Source of the DNA: Candidatus Poribacteria bacterium
Lineage (GTDB): Bacteria > Poribacteria > WGA-4E > WGA-3G
Assembly (NCBI GenBank): GCA_963663765.2
Contig: CAXXUA010000005.1
Span: 1,184,001-1,248,000, forward strand
DNA: 64,000 nucleotides
Reading direction: 5' to 3'
Each line of letters starts with the position of its first letter. Within the stretch, counting starts at the first letter, position 1. The notes under the pieces are model-generated. The model saw only the letters and a list, made by a program, of their open reading frames with translations. It was not told the origin of the DNA and made no database searches. This document shows, piece after piece, positions 59,800-64,000 of the stretch. A program made the position numbers and the translations under genes.

Positions 59800-60906
59800 A
59801 TGAACACATTCGGTCACCTTTTTCGGATTACAACTTGGGGAGAATCGCACGGCGGAGCGGTCGGTGTAGTGATTGATGGATGTCCTCCACAGATTGACGT
59901 TGATAAAGACGCAATACAATTTGAACTCAATCGTCGGAGGCCGGGACAAAGTCATCTCACGACACCGCGGCAGGAAGAAGATGTCGTTGAAATACTCTCT
60001 GGCGTGTTTGAAGGTAAATCCCTCGGAACACCTATCTCCATGCTGGTGTGGAATAAGGACGCGCGCCCCGCTGCCTACGAACACCTGAAAGATCTATACC
60101 GTCCCTCGCACGCCGATTATACCTATCAGCAGAAATATGGGATACGCAACTGGCAGGGAGGTGGCAGGGCAAGTGCAAGAGAAACCATCGGACGCGTCGC
60201 TGCGGGGGCAATCGCAAAACAGATATTACACATACATAATAAAACGGAAACACTCGCCTATGTCAAACAAATTCATAAACTTGAAGCCACAGTGGATACA
60301 GATACGGTGACACTCCAGGATATTGAAGCAAGTCCAGTCCGATGCCCCGACCCAATCGTGAGTCCAAAAATGGCGGAACGTATCGATCAAGCACGACGCG
60401 ACCAAGACTCCCTCGGTGGCATCATAGAATCTGTTTGCCGTAACGTGCTAGTAGGTCTCGGTGAACCCGTTTTTGACAAGCTCAAAGCAGATTTAGCAAA
60501 GGCTATGATGTCTCTCCCCGCAACGATGGGATTCCAGATCGGGTCCGGATTCGGCGGTATCACGTTGACAGGTTCTGAACACAACGATGAATTCTACAAT
60601 AATTCCGGACAAATTCGCACCCGCACAAACAATTCTGGCGGCACACAGGGAGGTATTACAAACGGAGAAAATATCGTGTTCCAAGTCGCTTTCAAACCGA
60701 CAGCAACAATCGGGAAACCGCAACAGACTGTAGATAAAGATGGAAACGAGGTGACACTGCGAGCAAGCGGACGGCATGATCCGTGTGTGTTAGTCCGTGC
60801 TCCCGCTATTGTAGAAGCGATGGCAGCACTTGTACTAACAGACCATCTGCTTCGACACAAGGCAAAATCCTCAGAGATAAACCCATGGATGGACAAACAA
60901 TCATAA
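59800..60906 (+). CDS. aroC: Chorismate synthase
   Basis: [27 protein letters not shown] and GRHDPCV motifs. Confidence 0.97.
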   Translation: MNTFGHLFRITTWGESHGGAVGVVIDGCPPQIDVDKDAIQFELNRRRPGQSHLTTPRQEEDVVEILSGVFEGKSLGTPISMLVWNKDARPAAYEHLKDLYRPSHADYTYQQKYGIRNWQGGGRASARETIGRVAAGAIAKQILHIHNKTETLAYVKQIHKLEATVDTDTVTLQDIEASPVRCPDPIVSPKMAERIDQARRDQDSLGGIIESVCRNVLVGLGEPVFDKLKADLAKAMMSLPATMGFQIGSGFGGITLTGSEHNDEFYNNSGQIRTRTNNSGGTQGGITNGENIVFQVAFKPTATIGKPQQTVDKDGNEVTLRASGRHDPCVLVRAPAIVEAMAALVLTDHLLRHKAKSSEINPWMDKQS

Positions 60907-62273
60907 CAACACACGATGTTGATGAACTGTTTATCTCTACGGTTGTTCGGTTGATTCAACGGCGTGCCTTCCCAAATCTGCGTAACATCATCGCGAAATC
61001 GCATTCAGCAGACATCGCGCGATGGTTTCCGCGCCTACGGACTGAAGAAAAAAATAACCTATCCACACTTCTAATTGAAGAAAAACGGATGGGAGAGGTC
61101 TTAAGCGAACTAAACAGTTCAGAAATCAATGAGTTTGTTACAGAAACTGAAGCGGAGGCAGTGGCAAATGTCCTGCGAACTATGGAAGCAGACGATGTCA
61201 CACGCATACTCTCTGACTTACCAGAAGAAAAGAAAGATGAACTACTTACTTTCATTGAAGGAGAAAACTCTGAAGGCATAGAACATCTCCTTGAATACGA
61301 GGAGAAAACAGCCGGGGCAATTATGTCACCGAACTACTTCGCGTTACGTGAAGAAACTACTGCAGATGAAGCTACCGAGATGATTCGCGAACTCACTGAA
61401 GTAGAAATACCACCGATCACTTTCTATGTCTATGTCGTTAACGAAGAAAATAAACTTAAAGGTGTCCTATCATTACGGCAGTTGGTGCAAACAAAACCAG
61501 ATACACCGCTCAAAAACTTAATGACAACGAACCTTTATACTGTTCACACCGACATGCCACAAGAAACAGTTGCGCGGGCAGTGGCTCGTTACAACTTACT
61601 TGCTATTCCGGTCATCAATAGTATTGGACAACTGGTCGGTATTGTGACAATTGACGATGTTGTTGATGTTATTCGGGAAGAAAATACAGAAGATATGCTA
61701 AAGATGGCAGGCACTGGTGATTTGGATATCACATCACGTTCCATCTTTAGGAACACTCGAGCCCGATTACCGTGGCTACTTGCAAGTTTTGGAGGTGGTC
61801 TACTCGCTGTCTATGTCATTGGCATTTTTGAAGAGGAATTGAAAACAATTGCAGCTTTAGCCGCATTCATTCCCATAATCATGGGAATGGGAGGAAATAT
61901 CGGAACACAATCCTCTACCATCATTGTGCGAAGTATCGCAATCGGTGAGGTAGACATAAAGGACACATGGCGAGTACTATGGCGGGAATTTAGTACAGGC
62001 GCATTACTCGGAACAGTTTACGGTGTCTTGCTCGGTGGGATTGCATACCTCTTTCCTCAATTTCGAGAGTATGCGTGGAAATTGCCAGTTGTTGTGGCAC
62101 TTGCTATCTTCGTGAACATGATGATCGCAGCTACGGTAGGCACTATCATTCCGATGTTTTTCAAACGTGTCCGTATTGACCCCGCAGTTGCAACAGGACC
62201 TTTCGTTACAACCGCTATTGACGTCATTGGTATTTTTACATACTTCTTGTTAGCAAATATTTTCCTTTTTTAG
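60885..62273 (+). CDS. mgtE: Magnesium transporter MgtE
   Basis: N domain, CBS pair, GGNIGTQ and [13 protein letters not shown] motifs; ATG at 60885. Confidence 0.95.
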   Translation: MDGQTIITTHDVDELFISTVVRLIQRRAFPNLRNIIAKSHSADIARWFPRLRTEEKNNLSTLLIEEKRMGEVLSELNSSEINEFVTETEAEAVANVLRTMEADDVTRILSDLPEEKKDELLTFIEGENSEGIEHLLEYEEKTAGAIMSPNYFALREETTADEATEMIRELTEVEIPPITFYVYVVNEENKLKGVLSLRQLVQTKPDTPLKNLMTTNLYTVHTDMPQETVARAVARYNLLAIPVINSIGQLVGIVTIDDVVDVIREENTEDMLKMAGTGDLDITSRSIFRNTRARLPWLLASFGGGLLAVYVIGIFEEELKTIAALAAFIPIIMGMGGNIGTQSSTIIVRSIAIGEVDIKDTWRVLWREFSTGALLGTVYGVLLGGIAYLFPQFREYAWKLPVVVALAIFVNMMIAATVGTIIPMFFKRVRIDPAVATGPFVTTAIDVIGIFTYFLLANIFLF

Positions 62274-62285
62274 GTTTTAGAATAA

Positions 62286-62759
62286 ATGGCAACAGCAATA
62301 GAAATCAAAGGTATTGCACCTGACAAAACCATGAAAACTTGTGCAAGACAGATTATCGTGAGTTTTTACCGCGAGATGATGTCACACAAAACAGGTGCAA
62401 TTGAAGGAGCAGATATAGAATTTGTCCACGATATGCGTGTCGCTTCCCGAAGACTGCGTGCCGCAATGGACAATTTTGCAGATTGTTTTCAAAAAGAACC
62501 TTTCAAAAAACACTATAAACAGATAAGAACTATTACACGGACAATGGGCACTGTACGTGATCTTGATGTTCTCATCGCTCGTTTTCAAAATGAGTCACAG
62601 ACACTAACAGAAACAGAACAAGTTGATATTCAAGGATTGATTGAACACCTGCAACAGCAACGAAATGAAGCACGACAACCGATGTTAGCATTGTTTACTG
62701 AACTTGATGCAAGCGATTTTGAAATAGAATTCTTGACATTCTTTAAGGTTCATGAATGA
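62286..62759 (+). CDS. CHAD-domain protein (N-terminal-half-like)
   Basis: VHDMRVASRRLRA and GTVRDLDV motifs. Confidence 0.88.
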   Translation: MATAIEIKGIAPDKTMKTCARQIIVSFYREMMSHKTGAIEGADIEFVHDMRVASRRLRAAMDNFADCFQKEPFKKHYKQIRTITRTMGTVRDLDVLIARFQNESQTLTETEQVDIQGLIEHLQQQRNEARQPMLALFTELDASDFEIEFLTFFKVHE

Positions 62760-63225
62760 AATGGCAAAACCGAAAAAAATCACGGGACTCAAGCCGAACG
62801 GTAGTTTTCATGAAAATGCCCATATAATTCTACCGCAAAAGGTTCAAGAGGTATACAGTTGGGAACAGTTTATCAGAGACCCCACGCACCGTGAAGAATT
62901 ACACAATATGCGGCTTGCGGTTAAAAGACTTCGGTACACTATGGAATTTTTCGTGATCAACTATGACAAACAATTCCACGATTTTCTTGAAACTATTATT
63001 GACTTGCAAGATATACTCGGTGACATTCATGATAACGATGTAGTGTTAGATACTCTAACTGTGTACAAAGAAAACCATGAAACTTCCGCTTTGTCCGGAA
63101 TTGAAACACTAATCGCACGCATCTGCAAAAATCGTAACGAAGATTATCAAACATTTCTCAAAAAATGGGAACAACTTTCAGAAGATAACTTCAAGCAGAA
63201 ATTACTTAAAATAATTGCGTCATAA
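62752..63225 (+). CDS. CHAD-domain protein (C-terminal-half-like)
   Basis: LHNMRLAVKRLRYTMEF and LQDILGDIHDNDV motifs. Confidence 0.88.
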   Translation: MNEMAKPKKITGLKPNGSFHENAHIILPQKVQEVYSWEQFIRDPTHREELHNMRLAVKRLRYTMEFFVINYDKQFHDFLETIIDLQDILGDIHDNDVVLDTLTVYKENHETSALSGIETLIARICKNRNEDYQTFLKKWEQLSEDNFKQKLLKIIAS

Positions 63226-63262
63226 AAAAAATCAAATATAAAAGAGAATTGGAAATACTAAA

Positions 63263-64000
63263 ATGAAACAGATAAATAAAAACACAATAGTCAACCTGTC
63301 AATACAAACGAGTATTTACTTAAGTATGTCACTTCTCCTAATCAGTTGCGGTTTTTTAGGTGGAAATAGTCAACCCGATATTGATACTATCTCCGACCAG
63401 TCACTTTATGTCGGTGAAGAAAAGCAGGTGGAATTCAACATCATTGATGATGATGCAAATGACAAACATGCTATCAAAGCCACTTCAGACAATACAAATG
63501 TTGCAATTGTCACAGTGAAGAGTACATCTCTGATTACTATCTTAGGTACAGCACCAGGAACAGCGACTATCACATTACTCGCCAGAGACAATAGTCAAGA
63601 AGATAACGCAGAATCAATGCCAATGGTGTTTGAGGTTGCCGTTAGTAAACCCTCACCTACTGTGGCTGAAGAATTAACTTTGGAAGCTCACTTTTTAGTT
63701 TCTATTAGTGAAATCATGTATGCTGCAGAAGAAAGATTCACGCCACCACAATGGATAGAATTGCATAATGACAGCACACAGACAATTAGTCTCAATGGGT
63801 GGACAGTGACGATACAGAATCAAAACACACCAGATTTGACCGAACCGGAGAATGTGAATGTTGAGTTCACCTTTCAAGATGATTTCTGGGGTGATGCACC
63901 TTTGTTACTTCCGAATGAAACTGTTTTAATAGTTACAAACGAAGCTTATGGACGCGAGAACTCTACCGACCTTTCTGAAAACCAGATCTACGACCTCAGA
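63263..64000 (+). CDS. Lipoprotein with Ig-like and lamin-tail domains (runs off the window)
   Basis: Own translation from ATG 63263: lipobox LLISC, Ig-like segment, then ISEIMY...QWIELHN...LNGW (LTD motif). Confidence 0.75.
   Translation, partial: MKQINKNTIVNLSIQTSIYLSMSLLLISCGFLGGNSQPDIDTISDQSLYVGEEKQVEFNIIDDDANDKHAIKATSDNTNVAIVTVKSTSLITILGTAPGTATITLLARDNSQEDNAESMPMVFEVAVSKPSPTVAEELTLEAHFLVSISEIMYAAEERFTPPQWIELHNDSTQTISLNGWTVTIQNQNTPDLTEPENVNVEFTFQDDFWGDAPLLLPNETVLIVTNEAYGRENSTDLSENQIYDLR

Noticed and set aside
2274-62588. Numerous short antisense or nested ORFs in the six-frame track
   Set aside because: They are shadows of well-supported genes on the other strand or frame and have no recognisable motifs.

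Overview
A 64-kb, fairly AT-rich bacterial chromosomal segment. It is most likely Candidatus Poribacteria, inferred from a LamG protein with a 'KLTTTWGxIK' tail and WD40 proteins beginning 'W.LPE.A.ARLGK'. Housekeeping content: mnmG-rsmG, dnaX-ybaB-recR, a large SRP RNA, six tRNAs (all four Ser isoacceptors, Ala-CGC, Arg-ACG) around tadA, plus rsmI, tsaE, pyrD and aroC-mgtE. Accessory content: WD40/TPR/LamG/LTD proteins, an alpha-2-macroglobulin, GH32, an intact IS5-family element, a TnpB/omegaRNA remnant, and a type II R-M locus (HEAT-repeat-fused N4-C methylase with a CfrBI-like endonuclease broken by an in-frame TAG). Three things stand out. (1) Two dispersed paralogous ~1,140-aa proteins with a degenerate Prim-Pol-like N-terminus, a conserved 5-Cys cluster, a degenerate helicase-like core and C-terminal HTHs. 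(2) Several unrelated MITE families that carry REP/REPIN-like palindromes as cargo and insert into one another, with readable target-site duplications. (3) A stand-alone phage-type single-strand-annealing-like gene. All family assignments are by eye, without database searches.
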